Positions 1 through 13,284 are shown, numbered from the stretch's first letter. The stretch: 64,000 bases of DNA from Felis catus (GCF_018350175.1 NC_058368.1:209004001-209068000); one strand, 5' to 3'. The notes: a model not told the origin generated them from the sequence alone. Made by a program: numbers and translations.

Positions 1-1265
1 AATTTCTTTTGTCTCATTCTCAGTGAGGTGTATTTAGGTACTCCAAAATACCAGGTGAATGTTCTCGATCTAAACAGCTAGCTAGCTAGAGATACAGAGA
101 TATGGAGAAAAGCACAAAAGGATACATGACAGATAATTTAAGAGCCTTATGGGGTAGAGATAGAAAAATGAGAGCAAAGAAGTTATTAATAAAAAAATAA
201 TAAATTTTTTTGAAATGTGTTCATGTGTGTAAAATTATGATCCCATTTAAATAAAGAAATTAGAGCTATCTCTATTTGCTAACAAGGCTTGAATTTGCAA
301 AAAGCAAATTAGAGCTACATCTATTCACTTACAAGGTTGCCCATGCAATGCTTACAAGTAAAAAAAGCAAAATGCAAATTCTCTCTCTATATAAAAACAA
401 AATCTTTTAATGAATGCTTATACACACAAATAAAGGGAAAGATGAAAAAGGATATACATCAACCTGAGCTTAACATGGGTTATCTGATGGTGATTGGAGA
501 TTTAAAGATGTGTAGTGCACTGGAGTTAAGCCACTACTAGTGACTTTGCTTCCTGTATTCTCTTTTATACCTGTTCTTTTCTGCACTGGGAGCTTCAGTT
601 GTCCAGAAACTTCTCTCCCAATGTCATTACTAGTTCTTGCCTTAGCCTTCTCTGATCCACACCAACCATTCAGTAGGATGGCTGGGAGTGTGGGCACCAA
701 TCAGCCACAGAGCTGGAGAAATGTCTCTGCAATATCTCTTAGGCTTGAGGCTTTCCTCAAGTAGTACATGGCCATTTTCCCAAAAGGCACAGCCCTAGAA
801 TCTGGGCAGGGGTTGCAGGCCAAAGAAGATGTAAGAGGCAATAAGGTGGAGAGTAGGTCAGACTGATGCTGACAGTAACCTACTGGCAAACAAAACAACT
901 TCAAATACTATTCCTTCCCATCACCTGTGTCTACAGAAGGCAAAAATAAATAAATATCATGGTCCCCATTTTCTGCCAAAGGCTTAGTTTATAAATAGTG
1001 ATTGCAATTAAGTAAATACAGCATGTTCTTTTAGTAAAGAGTCTAGCATATTGTAGATTCTTAATAGATATTAAAGAATAGCAATACTGCTTTGAGAAAA
1101 ATATGTCCAAAGAATTTGGTATGTGTTTTTGTATGAACAGAAGAAGTCATTAAATATTCATGAGACCATACAATGCTGGAATATTTTAAAAGTCAGAAAT
1201 TAAACTTGAAAAGTAATTTTTTAGTTAAAAAAAAAGAAATTGTACTTGAAAGCCATGCAGTTTTT

Positions 1266-1475
1266 AAATTTTTTTTTTAACGTTTATTTATTTTTGAGAC
1301 AGAGAGAAAGCATGAATGGGGGAGGGTCAGAGAGAGGGAGACACAGAATCCAAAACAGTCTCCAGACTCTGAGCTGTCAGCACAGAGCCTGACGCAGGGC
1401 TCGAACTCACGGACCGCGAGATCATTACCTGAGCCAAAGTCGGCCGCTTAACCGACTGAGCCACCCAGGCGCCCC
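1266..1475 (-). mobile_element. SINEC (felid CAN-SINE)
   Basis: tRNA-derived head, (CT)n body and A tail in reverse; TSD agccatgcagttttt at 1251-1265 and 1476-1490. Confidence 0.95.
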
Positions 1476-1506
1476 AGCCATGCAGTTTTTTAAAAAGCCA
1501 CCTATG

Positions 1507-1720
1507 GGGGCGCCTGGGTGGCGCAGTCGGTTAAGCGTCCGACTTTAGCCAGGTCACGATCTCGCGGTCCGTGAGTTCGAGCCCCGCGTCAGGCTCTGGG
1601 CTGATGGCTCGGAGCCTGGAGCCTGTTTCCGATTCTGTGTCTCCCTCTCTCTCTGCCCCTCCCCCGTTCATGCTCTGTCTCTCTCTGTCCCAAAAATAAA
1701 TAAACGTTGAAAAAAAAATA
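1507..1720 (+). mobile_element. Young felid SINEC subfamily copy
   Basis: ggggcgcctgggtggcgcagtcggttaagcg..., CpG intact; TSD tttaaaaagccacctatg at 1489-1506 and 1721-1738. Confidence 0.95.
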
Positions 1721-1919
1721 TTTAAAAAGCCACCTATGTTAATACAGACTATATATTTATACATCATTAAAGATATACCAAAGTTTACCTCAATATATTT
1801 CTCCCCTATCCTTTCTCTATCTCTCATTGTAGCTTCATATAAATAGAATAGCTTCTTTATGTGCTATTTTTAAATGTCTTCTTAGAAATAAATAGAAAAC
1901 CTTATTTCTTACCTTTCCG

Positions 1920-2310
1920 GAATACATTCATTCACCCATTCATTCAACAAATCATAATTGAAGATCTACTGTATACTAGGTATTGTTCTTTGCTCTGGGA
2001 ATATAGCAGGGAGCAAAGTAGACAATAATCCTTTCCTTCGTGGAGCCAATATCCTACTGGAGGCAAACAGCCAACAAACAAGCATGTAAAAGATACAGTA
2101 GAGTGTGTCAGATGGTGATCAGCATGATGGAAGAAAATAAGAAGGATAGAGAGCACCACTGGTGGGAAAAAGGCTGCAATTTTATGTAGGGTGGAGTCAA
2201 GGAAGGCCTTGCTGAGACGAGAAAATGTGAGCAAAGGACTAAAAGACGTGAAGGGGGAAAGCCACACGAACATGTAGGAGAAGCATGTTGAAGGCTGAGA
2301 GGGCTTCTGC
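1920..2310 (-). mobile_element. L2 3' fragment
   Basis: cattcattcaacaaat...tactgtatactaggtattgttct, typical reverse L2 tail. Confidence 0.7.
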
Positions 2311-2569
2311 AGACGCTGAAACCAAGTCAGGGAGTGCGCTGTTAACTGTCCAATGTCACCATGCACTATTCTGCACCTCCCTCACCTTACTCCAACCATG
2401 TGCTGGCCTTCTTGCCGCTGCTCAGATACATGCCGATGAGTGGGGGCTGAGGGACCACGGAGGCAGTGCAGACCTGTAGAAGCTCCTGTGAAAAGCCCTT
2501 CTTCCCAAACTGGCAGGCCGTTATCACATGACTGAAAGGGATGCTGGGCAAACAAACACTCTTCCTGAG

Positions 2570-2776
2570 CACCACTGTCCAACAGAACTTTCTGTACTGA
2601 TGGGGATGTTCTTTATCTGCGCTGTTCAATGAGCGGCACATGACTAGACACACATGGCTACCTGGCATTTGAGAAGTGCTATGTGACTAAGGAACTGAAA
2701 TTTTAATTGTAAATTTTACCTTATTTAAATTAAAATAGTCAAATGTGGCTAGTGGCTACCATACCGGCCAACACAA
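2570..2776. mobile_element. MER3-like hAT-Charlie DNA transposon
   Basis: ctgtccaacagaactttctg...aatgtggctagtggctaccata resembles MER3, including its internal palindromic structure. Confidence 0.8.
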
Positions 2777-3084
2777 TTCTAGAGGTAGGTCTTGAGAACA
2801 CAGGAATTGCTCACTAACAGATACTTCTAAAAGAAGAAATATTTCATTTAATTTGCTAAAATTTCAGTTAGTCTAATGAGAATTCAATGAATAAATAGGG
2901 CAATTGTGATAGCCTTACTTAATTGTCCCAAAACACACACATGTATTAACCACTATTTACCATGTAATTCTCTGGCTACTGCATGGAAAAAACTATTGTT
3001 AGTAGGTTTTTTACCTCAGCTTTAGTGTTTCCCTGTGGGTAATTTATTATTGCTTAATAATTAAGAAATTTTGTAAAATTCTGT

Positions 3085-3282
3085 GGTTTTTAAAATATTT
3101 ACTTATTTTGGCGAGAGTGCAAGCAGGGGAGGGGCAGAGAGGGAAACACAGGATCCAACCAGGGCTCTGCACTGATAGTGCTGACAGCAGACAGCCCAAT
3201 GTGGGGTTTGAACTCATGAACCGTGAGATCATGATCTGAGTTGAAATCTGACACTCAACTGACTGAGACACTCAGGTGTCCC
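3085..3282 (-). mobile_element. SINEC (older)
   Basis: Reverse SINEC; TSD gtaaaattctgt at 3073-3084 and 3284-3295. Confidence 0.9.
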
Positions 3283-3299
3283 AGTAAAATTCTGTTCTT

Positions 3300-3522
3300 T
3301 TCTTTCTTTCTTTCTTTTTTTATTTTTTAGTGTTTATTCATTTTTGAGACAGAGACAGCATGAGCAGGGGAGGGGCGGAGAAAGGGAGACACAGAATCTG
3401 AAGCAGGTTCCAGGCTCCAAGCTGTAGCACAGAGCCTGACGTGGGGCTTGAACTCATGAACCACGAGATCATGACCTGAGTTGAAGATGGACGCTCAACC
3501 AACTGAGCCACCCAGGCACCCC
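3300..3522 (-). mobile_element. SINEC
   Basis: Reverse SINEC; TSD taaaattctgttctt at 3285-3299 and 3523-3537. Confidence 0.9.
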
Positions 3523-3847
3523 TAAAATTCTGTTCTTAAGTTGTGTTTCCTGCTAGCAAGTTTTTTCTTCTCAATTTGATTTGTCTTTAGGTGAGATATA
3601 TTTACATGCTAATGTAAAAATATGAATAAATATAACAAAGGGGATGTAGTATCATAAGCCATAATACCTTCATGTACTCTTTAATTGTAACAAAATAGAA
3701 TCAAAGACTACAATTAAGCAAAATACCTTAAAAGATTTGGGGGGGTCATAAATTGACATTTAAATAGCTTTGCTTTTTACAAAAATGGAAACAAAAGATA
3801 TTATTTATTTCACATGATATGCAAGGCCAATCTTTAAAAACTATCCA

Positions 3848-4062
3848 TGGGACCCTGGGTGGCTCAGTCGGTTAAGCATCTGACCTTGGCTCAGGGTATG
3901 ATCTCACAGTACGTGTGTTCGAGCCCTGTGTCGGGCTCTATACTGACAGCTCAGAGCCTGGAGCCTGCTTCGGATTCTGTGTCTCCTTCTCTCTGCCCCT
4001 CCCCTGCTTGCACTCTGTCCCTCTTTCTCAAAAAATAAAACAGCATTAAAAAAAATTTTTTT
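3848..4062 (+). mobile_element. SINEC
   Basis: SINEC head, body and tail; TSD aaactatcc at 3838-3846 and 4063-4071. Confidence 0.9.
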
Positions 4063-4584
4063 AAACTATCCTCAACTTTATTAAAATATATGGGTTCTAA
4101 GAGAAAGGCACACATATATGCATATGTTTAGTATGCATTACACTAAACACACCACTGTTAAAGCTACACAAAAAAAAACCTCACGTTTGAGAACTTCTGT
4201 TTAATCCAACAGCACCCAGAGACGATGAAAGCCAGTTACTAAAAAATTTATTGCTTGGTTAAAACTCAGTTTACAATTCAAAGGATTTCTAAAATCTCTG
4301 TGCTGTTATGAAGCTTTATGGGGTTTACAATGGAGATGAAAACAGAAATAAAAAGATCTGACAAACAGAAAATGCCAAAGATATTTCTAGCATTATCAAC
4401 ATGGATTCTTTTTTCCCTATCATTACTTTTTACCTTATTCCAAGACAACTAAATTTAACTCATCTGCCTAAAAAAGACAACTATGTTTCCTAGGATCCCT
4501 TTCAAAATGTAAATGTCTGATGGGCAATTTTGTTTGAAAGAATATTATTTTTATAATTTTTAAAAGAGCTACAATATAAATTCC

Positions 4585-4680
4585 CCAGGGCAGGAATTTT
4601 TTTATGATCTGCTATGCCCAGTGCCTACAATAGTGCCTACCATATAGTAGATACTTAATATATACTTATTGAATTAATAA
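4585..4680 (+). mobile_element. L2 3' end fragment
   Basis: cccagtgcctacaatagtgcctaccatatagtagatacttaatatatacttattgaat. Confidence 0.65.
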
Positions 4681-5425
4681 TTTTATCAGAATCTTTTATT
4701 AAAATAAATATAACCAAATAGTATTATAGTATTAGTGTAGATTTTCATTTTAACACTTATCAAAAAATCTTGTTTTACCATCTCTACATACAACAAAATC
4801 CTTTCTAAAGCTTATTGGTAATTCTCAGAATTAGCCAAAGACTTTCACATATTTCATAGAATTTTTTACACAGAATTCTGTGATCCTTTCAATTCCAAAA
4901 TTTATTTATTCTAATAATGATCTGAAATTGTAAAGGAATATCTGAAATCTATTTAAATAGAATGTCATGGAGTCTTAAAAACAAAATATTATTTAAATTA
5001 CTACAAAAATAACTGCAAATCCACTGATGGGCCATCCCAGACATTTCCTGGTTTTCTTAAATCTTTTACATAGTATTTTCTAGTTCTCTGCTCGGTCTTG
5101 TTTTATATTACTGTCAAATCCTTCACTTTCAAAATCAAGTACACTGAGACACCAAATAGTAAAACTGCGCTATGCTTTTTACATTTTATACCAAAAGATC
5201 TACTTTATTTTAAAAGCAAAATCTAATACACATTGGAAAATACTGAGCTGGAATGTTTGCTGAAATGCTGTTTACTGCAAATGTCCCAATGTTTTATCAA
5301 CTAACACTGAAGTTTAAATTAGGGCTAAACTCAGGAAACTGACCTTCATAATATTTTAACATGATGTTTGTCTTTATAAGGTAGTTTTCTTCTAAGAAGA
5401 GCGGACTTAAATGTCCTAGACTTAC

Positions 5426-5600
5426 AGTCAAATTTCGGTCCCAGATCTGTATGCTTCCATTCTGGCAGGCAGCTGCTATAAGGTTTCCATCTCTACTATA
5501 TGTGCACGTTGTGGGAATTACTTTTTTACCCTGCGCCGTCCGTGGTTTAAACACACTTCTTTGCTTCCTTGGATTTTCAACTTCCCATGTCCTCACAGTC
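5426..5600 (-). CDS. WDR70: WDR70 internal coding exon (WD40 repeat region), 175 bp
   Basis: Minus strand reads ...ctctttattgtttttag|G ACT GTG AGG...AAT TTG ACT|gtaagt. Translation TVRTWEVENPRKQRSVFKPRTAQGKKVIPTTCTYSRDGNLIAAACQNGSIQIWDRNLT matches mammalian WDR70 as I recall it. One leading nt plus 58 codons, ending in phase 0. Confidence 0.95.
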
Positions 5601-7794
5601 CTAAAAACAATAAAGAGATTTTCATTTACAAAAAAGAAAGGAGTTTAAAATTCAGAGGAGCTCATAAAGACCACTTCACCTTGTAAGCATATAAATCTAA
5701 TAATTATTTTAAAATAAAAGGAACACTGTAAAACAGTCTCCATTTATAAATGAGGTTACTCACTGAAATAAAGTGAACCATCTGAATCATACTGTCTTCA
5801 AATCAAACAGCAAGTAGCACATTCTACTTCGAAGCTATCAGAGTTATAAGTTCTAACCCTCTACAACAGTGGCCTCCAAACAACTCTAACTCTACACTCT
5901 GATCGTAAAACTGTTGAATGTACACCCCCTATATACACACATTAATTTCTCAATTACTTACATGTGCTAATGTACCGTTATATAACACATTCCAGAAAAC
6001 ACACTGAAAAAATAAGTCACTGAAAAAAGAATGATGTCCCTCTCTAGGGCCCAGGAAAAGATATCATGCCTCTGAGGGAGAAGCAGAAACAAAACTGTTT
6101 GCCCTGGGTTTTCAAAGTAACGAGAAACAGCAGTCCAAGGCTGGGGGAGGTATGGAGTACCCTCCTGCTCAAAGTCCTAGGCAAAGAAGCACTGCCACTA
6201 AGGAAGACTAAAACAAAATCCTTATGACCCAGAGAGAGAGGGGGAAAAAAAATCCAATAAAATACAGAACAACAAAGATGAGTTCAGCAACTACTTGGCA
6301 GAAACTATCCAAGCCATAGCACTATGGAACAACATCTCTAAATTTCTAGAAAAAAAAAAAAAAGTCAATCTAATATTCTACAGGCCGTGAAAATATATTT
6401 CACAAATAAGGTAAAATAAAGACGTTTTCATGAGTGAAAGCTAAGACAATTCATTTCCTTCAAATATATATTACAAGAAATGTTAAAGGAAGTTCTTCAG
6501 GAAGAACAACTATGAGACAAATGGAAATGTGAATCTATACAAAGGAAGAGTGCCACAAATGGTAAAAATGAATAAAAATGTAAAAGATATTTTTAAAAAT
6601 GTTTAAAGCTCTTTAAAAGATAAATGACTGAGGTAAAACAATGTATTGCAAGGTTTATAGCATATGTTTAAGTAAAATATAGGTCAACAATAGCAGAAAG
6701 GTTGGAAAGAAGATATGGTACTATACTTGCAATGTATAGTATTATTTGAAGAGACACTTTGATACATTAAAGATATATATTACAAAGTCTAGAGCAATTG
6801 CTAACATATTTTTATAATGAATATGTAATAATAGACATAAAATGGAAATGAAACAAAAACAGGAAGAGATAATAAGAACCATGAGATAAATATAAAACAA
6901 ACAGCAACATGGTAAGTTCAAATCAAATCTCACAAATAATCACATTAATTAGAAACTGCATTAATTATAAATTATCTAAAAACTCCAATTAATAGATAAA
7001 AATGGTCAGATTGGATTAGATAAAAGCAAGACTCAGCAGATTCTATCTTTTAAAAATACACAAAAATGTTTAAATATGAAGACTTAGATAGGTTGTAGTA
7101 GTAAAAGGATGGGGAAAAATGTGCCTGGGGAACATAACCAAAAGAAAGACAGAATAACTATATTAATGTCCAATAAAGTATCAAAACAAGGAATAAAACT
7201 AGAGAGAAAGAGGAAAATTTCCCAATGATAAAGAGTCAATTGATCAAGAAAACATAACAATTCTAAATGCTTATGCCACTAATAACAGAGTTTCAAAATA
7301 TGAAAGCAAACTTGACAGAAATAAAAGTAAATATAGCAAATCCATATTCATAGTTGTATACCTCAACATTCCTCTCTCAGTGACTGATAGAACCAGCAGA
7401 CTCCTCCTTGCTTCCCCCAAAATCAGTAAGGATTCAGAAGACCTCAAAACCAATGCCAAACAAGTTGAGCTAACTGACATTTATATAACACTTCACCCAA
7501 TAACAAATGAATGTGCATTCTTTTCAGGTGCACACTGAACACACTCTGGGCCATAAAACAAATATAAACACACTAAAAATGACCAAAATCATAAAAAGTA
7601 TGTACACCATCAAAAATAAAATTATATAAGCAATCAATAACAGAAATGTATCTGAAAATATATCTTTTCCAAAACATTTAGAAATTAAGAAATACAATTG
7701 TAAATAATCCACGGGTCAAAGAAAAAAATCACAAGGGATAGTAGAAAAACTGAATCCAATAAATATGAAAATACAATATATCAAAGTTCATGGT

Positions 7795-8012
7795 GGGGCG
7801 CCTGGGTGGCTCAGTCAGTTGAGCATCCAACTTCAGCTCAGGTCACGAACTCACAGATCGTGAGTTCGAGCCCCGCATCGGGCTCTGTGTTGACAGCTCA
7901 GAGCCTGGAGCCTGCTTTGGATCCTGTGTCTCCTTCTCTCTCTGTTGCTCCCTTGCTTTCTCTCTCCCTCTCTCTCTCAAAAATAAAGGTTAAAAACAAA
8001 ATTAAAAAAAAA
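7795..8012 (+). mobile_element. SINEC inside old L1
   Basis: SINEC sequence; degenerate TSD aaa(g/a)ttcatggt. Confidence 0.9.
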
Positions 8013-8721
8013 AATTCATGGTATTCAGCTAAAATAGAACACAGAAGAAAAATATAGTATTAACTGTATACATTAAGAAAAAAGAAAGGCCTCAAAATAA
8101 TGATCTAAGATTCAACCTTCAGAAACTTGAAAAAAGAGAGAAAATTAAATCTAAAGCAAATAAAAGGAAGGAGATAATAAAAATGAAAGTACAAATGAAT
8201 AAAATAGAAAACAGAGAAATCAAAAGCTGGTTCCCTGAGATGAGCAATAAAATTAATAAACCTTAAGCTGGATTAATGAAAAAAAAACAAAAATTGGAGA
8301 CAATATCAAACATCAATATTTTGAATGAAAGAGAAGATATCACCATAAAGCTCAACAACATTAAAAGGACAAGGGAATTTCATGAATGAATTTATATACA
8401 TACATTTGGTAATTTAGATGGACGAATTTTCTTGAAAGACACTAACTACCAAAGTTCACTCAATTAAGAAATAAATAACTGGAATATACCTCTATGATTA
8501 AAAAGCTGAATACATAGTTAAAAATGTTAAAAATCTTCCCACCAAGAAAACTCTAGATGGCTTCGCTATTGACTTCTACCAAACATTTAAGAAAGAAGTA
8601 ATACCAACTCTATACAAACTCTTCCAGAACACAGAACAGGAAACACTTCCCAACACTCATTCAATAAGGCCCACACTACACTGATGCCAAAACCAAAGTC
8701 ACTACAAGAAAACTATGGTTC

Positions 8722-8943
8722 TGGGGTGCCTGGGGTGGCTCAGTCAGTTAAGCCTCCGACTCCAGTTCAGGTCATGATCTCACAGTTCTTGAGTTCGAGC
8801 CCCACGTAGGGCTCTGTGCTGACAGCTCAGAGCCCGAGCCTGCTTCGGATTCTGTGTCTCCATCTCCCTCTGCCCCTCCCCCACTTGTGCTCTCTCTCAA
8901 AAATAATAAATAAACATTAAAAACAATTTAAAAAAAGAAGAAA
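8722..8943 (+). mobile_element. SINEC inside old L1
   Basis: TSD aagaaaactatggttc at 8706-8721 and 8944-8959. Confidence 0.92.
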
Positions 8944-10574
8944 AAGAAAACTATGGTTCCATATTCCAATAAACATAAGACACAAAAATCCTTAACAAAG
9001 TATCAGTAAACTCAAAGTAGCAGTGTATAAACATAATAATGTACCATGATTAAGTGGTATTTAAACCAGGAATGCAAAGAATTGAAAGGAATGAAAATTA
9101 AACAATATAATGTACCATAAAAGATATATGATCATCTCAATCCATGCAAAATAAACCATTTGACAAAAAATCCAACATTCATTCATAATAAAAACTCTCC
9201 ACGTACTAGGAAGAGGATGGAACTTCCTCAGCCTGATTGAGGACATCTATGAAAAAGTTACAAGTAATATACACAGTAATGAAGAATGGCTGAATGCTTT
9301 CCTCTTACGGTTGAGAACAAAGCAATGATATTCTTTATACTGGAGTTGCCAGCTAGGGCAATAAGGTGAATAAAAGAAATTAAAGGCTTATAGACTAGAA
9401 AGAAGAAATAAAACTATCTTTATTAAGAAACCACATGATCATATACATAGAAAAACCCAAGAATCTATAAAAATGCTACTAGAACTAATAGTGAGTTTAG
9501 CAAAGTCACAGGATACTAGGTCAATAATCAATTTTATTTCCATTGACTAGCAAAAATTAGATGTTGAGATTATGAAAATAATACCATTGATAATAGTATG
9601 AATACACATAGAACCTGACAAAATATGTGTAGCTTCTGTACACTGAAAACCATAAAATGTTTCTGACAGAAAGTAAAGAAGATCTACATATATGAGAAGA
9701 CATATTGTATTCATGGATCAGTAGAGTCAATATTGTTAGGATTTCGATTCTCCCCTAGTTAATCTTTAGATTCAACACAAGTTCAAAGTTCTAGCAGAGT
9801 TTTTTTGAGATAGAAATTGGGTAGGATAATTCTAAAACTTATATGGAAATGCAAACAACTTGGAACAGCCTGTAAAATTTTGAAAAAAGAACAGAACTAG
9901 GGAATTCACTCTACCTGGGTTTCCATATTATAACATCCCACATTATAACACCAACCATATAAGTTGTAATTACACATATTAACATCTATTCCTTCTACAA
10001 GAAGAGCTACTTGGGAGCAAGCTCACTCTCTCTGTCTTTCGATCTTTTAAAATTTTTGTATGCCTAGGGTCTGCACCATCTCTTGAACATAATAGGATCA
10101 GAACACATATTGGGTCCTCAATAAATGTTTGTTGAAGAATAAAAGAAATTCACTGCCTATCTAGGCATTTTAGACATCAATTTTATTGAGGTATAACCAA
10201 TATACAGTAAATACAATTGATTTTTAAGTGTATAGATTTCAAATAGGCAGCATTTTTTGTTAAATATTTATGATTTATGCCAAATTAGAGTCTGAGGTTT
10301 TTTAAAAATAACTTTTGCATATCCTTCCCCTAAGATTTGCTTGGGAACTTAATTGATTGCTTAACATTACCAAACCCTAGTTTACAGAGCTGTCAAACCC
10401 AGTGCCTGACCTAAGATTGAACTGACTACATTCTAGGAATTAATGACTGCAAAATGTAAGTTCAAGTAGGAGTCTGGAAACAGTACACACAGAAACATCA
10501 GAAAGGCACCTTGGAATTCCAGGATTTAAAGCAACCTACTGGGGAGCCAGGAGACTAGAAGCCATCAACAGTGT

Positions 10575-10960
10575 GACAGACACTGCTAGCAGCATACTCC
10601 AATATCCATTCTCTTTTCTTCTCAGTTAAAGTCTGTATTTCCCACCCTCTCTTGCAGCTAGATGTGATGAAATGTAGAAACAAAGCTTTGACCACTGCAG
10701 TGTAAATGGAAGGGTAGCATAGGACTTTGGGAAAGTCTCAAAAAGAAGGTTGCAGACCTTTCTTCAACTCTTCTTGTTTACTCCTTCCTCTGCCAGCAAT
10801 CTGGACATGATGCTGGGCTCAAGCAGCAGCTTATCAGGGCAACAAAATAGCAGGCACCCTGGTGCTTGATGACACCATGGCCATGAAACCAATTCTAGAG
10901 TACCTATGTCTACTACGTCTAGACTTGTGTTTCTGAGAGAGCAAGAGAGAGAAAGAAAGA
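10575..10960 (+). mobile_element. Old MaLR LTR (MLT1-like)
   Basis: tttcccaccctctcttgcagctagatgtga and gacatgatgctggg...agcagc motifs typical of old MLT1. Confidence 0.55.
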
Positions 10961-11042
10961 TAAAGTTTACTGGGGTATAATATGCTCACAATGAAATTCA
11001 TCTGTTTAAACATACAGTTCTGTGAGTTTTGACAAATGCATA

Positions 11043-11225
11043 ATTTTTTTAAATGTTTATTTTTGAGAGAGAGCCGGAGAGGGGCGAAGAGAGGGAGACA
11101 GAGGATCTGAAGCAAGCTCTGTGCTGAGAGCAGAGAGACCAATGTGGGGCTTGAACTCATGAACCCTGGGATCATGACCTGAGCCAAAGTCAGATGCTTA
11201 ACCAACTAACCCACCCGGGTGCCCC
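11043..11225 (-). mobile_element. SINEC
   Basis: Reverse SINEC; TSD aaatgcata on both sides. Confidence 0.9.
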
Positions 11226-11436
11226 AATAAATGCATAGTTCTATCACTCCAAAAACTCTCCCTTGTGTTGCCTCTTTATAGACCATCCCTTCCTCTCCCA
11301 GCTTTAACCCTTGGCAACTACTGACCTGTTTTGCTTTTTCCACTATTACATAATGGGAATCACACTGCATGTAACCTCTGAGTCTGGCTTTCTTAATTTA
11401 GCATAATGTATTTGAGTTTTATATACATCTCAGTAG

Positions 11437-11713
11437 GGGAGCCCGGGTGGCTCAGTTGGTTAGGCACCTGACTCTTGGTTTCGGCTCAGGTCATGGTGTC
11501 ACGATTCATGGCATCAAGCCACATGATGGACTCTGTGCTGACGGCACGGAGCAGGCTTGGGATTCTTTCTCTCTCCATCTCTACCCCTCCCCCATTTGCA
11601 CGGCCTCTGTTTTTCTCAAAATAAATAAACACATATATATATATGTATATATATATACATAATATATTTTTATATATTAAATCTATATAGTATATTCTAT
11701 ATATATAATGTAT
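11437..11713 (+). mobile_element. SINEC whose tail has become an AT microsatellite
   Basis: SINEC body to about 11630, (TA)-rich tract to about 11720, TSD tatata(c/t)atctcagtag at 11420-11436 and 11714-11730. Confidence 0.85.
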
Positions 11714-12255
11714 GTATATATATCTCAGTAGTCCATTCCTTTTTGCTAATGAATAACATTCCACTATATGGATATACCACATTTTGTTTATTCATTTACC
11801 TAATAAAGGTTATTGGGTTGTTTCCAGTTTGAGGTGATTATGAATAAAGCCTCTGTAAGTATTCATGCATCGTTTTTTATTGTTTCTTTGTTTTTGTTTT
11901 GTAAAAATAAGTTTTCATATCTCTTGGCTAAATACAATACCTAGAAATGTGATTGTTGATCATATGTAAGTATATGTTTAACTGTGTAAGAAACTACTAA
12001 GCTGTTTTTCAAAGTGGCTGTTTCATTTTGGATTCCCACCAGCAGTATATGAGACCTCTAACTGCCTCATACAAAAATATGATCAGTTGATTTTTATAAG
12101 ACATTCCAATAGGTGGGGCTTGGTATTTTGATTTTAATTTACATTCCCTATATGATTAATGATATTGAGGATCTTTCATTGTATTATTTGCCATCCATTT
12201 CTCTTCTTTGGTGAAGTGTCTCTAAATCTTTGGCCCATTTAAAATTTTTGTTGTT

Positions 12256-12766
12256 TAAATAGCCAAATTGTGGAAAGAGCCTAAATGTCCATCAACTGAT
12301 GAATGGATAAAGAAATTGTGGTTTATATACACAATGGAATACTACGTGGCAATGAGAAAGAATGAAATATGGCCTTTTGTAGCAACGTGGATGGAACTGG
12401 AGAGTGTGATGCTAAGTGAAATAAGGCATACAGAGAAAGACAGATACCATATGGTTTCACTCTTATGTGGATCCTGAGAAACTTAACAGGAACCCATGGG
12501 GGAGGGGAAGGAAAAAAAAAAAAAAAAGAGGTTAGAGTGGGAGACAGCCAAAGCATAAGAGACTCTTAAAAACTGAGAACAAACTGAGGGTTGATGGGGG
12601 GTGGGAGGGAGGGGAGGGTGGGTGATGGGTATTGAGGAGGGCACCTTTTGGAATGAGCACTGGGTGTTGTATGGAAACCAATTTGACAATAAATTTCATA
12701 TATTGAAAAAAATAAAAATAAAAAAATAAACATTAAAAAAATTTTTAATAAAAAATATAAATAAAA
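12256..12766 (+). mobile_element. Young cat-type L1, 5'-truncated (ORF2 C-terminus plus 3'UTR)
   Basis: [28 protein letters not shown]..., G-rich 3'UTR, polyA tail; TSD taaaatttttgtt at 12240-12252 and 12767-12779. Confidence 0.92.
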
Positions 12767-13284
12767 TAAAATTTTTGTTTATTTCCTTATTATTGTATTT
12801 TGAGAGCTATGTTTTCTTCTAGAAATTTTATACTTTAAAGTTTTACAACTAGGTCTATGATCTATTAAAATTACTTTTTATACCTGGTACGAAGGTTCAT
12901 TTATATGTGTCTGTTTGTATATGTATGCACACACACATATATATAAATATGTATACATATATATGGATATCGAATTGTTCCAGCACCATTTATATCTGAG
13001 AATTATAAAACCTTACCCCCTACTGAAAGCATTCTGTATAGCTTGACTCTTATCTCATTTCGCTATTCTTCCCTTAGTTAACATGGACAAAAAGTTGCGA
13101 AATACCTCGTGTGTCTTTTCTTTCTATCCTTGGCTTTGCAACAGTGGAGATAAACTATGATCATTTCTCTTTTTTTATAACTGAACATCTCCAAAAGTCA
13201 GATGCTACTTTAAAATCATGATATAAAAGACCCCACACAAGTATAAAATATCATTATCATTATCTGGCTTGTTTAAAAATTTTC

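Larger units (their letters stand above)
1..5425 (-). other. WDR70: WDR70 intron downstream of the exon (continues beyond window)
   Basis: Starts at the GT donor (5425). No next exon (expected to start VHPKFHYK) seen in 1-5425. Confidence 0.8.
6280..9920 (+). mobile_element. Old degraded L1 (ORF1 end and ORF2 remnants), interrupted by two SINEs
   Basis: A-rich L1-like blocks such as aaagctggttccctgagatgagcaataaaattaataaacc, ctctatacaaactcttccaga and atcatctcaatccatgcaaaataaaccatttgacaaaa; no long ORF. Confidence 0.85.
10965..12995 (-). mobile_element. Old L1 3' portion, interrupted by two SINEs and a young L1
   Basis: Reverse L1 3' motifs: ccactatatggatataccacattttgtttattcatt, ttcccaccagcagtatatgag, aattgttccagcaccattt. 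Confidence 0.8.

Noticed and set aside
1531..1827. SINE-derived ORFs (also 7806, 41165, 51277, 55395, 55418 and similar)
   Set aside because: Translations of SINEC sequence, recurrent false proteins in carnivore annotations.
5297..5596. 99-aa ORF as a standalone gene
   Set aside because: It is the WDR70 exon read through the donor into intron; the start is a GTG (Val) codon.
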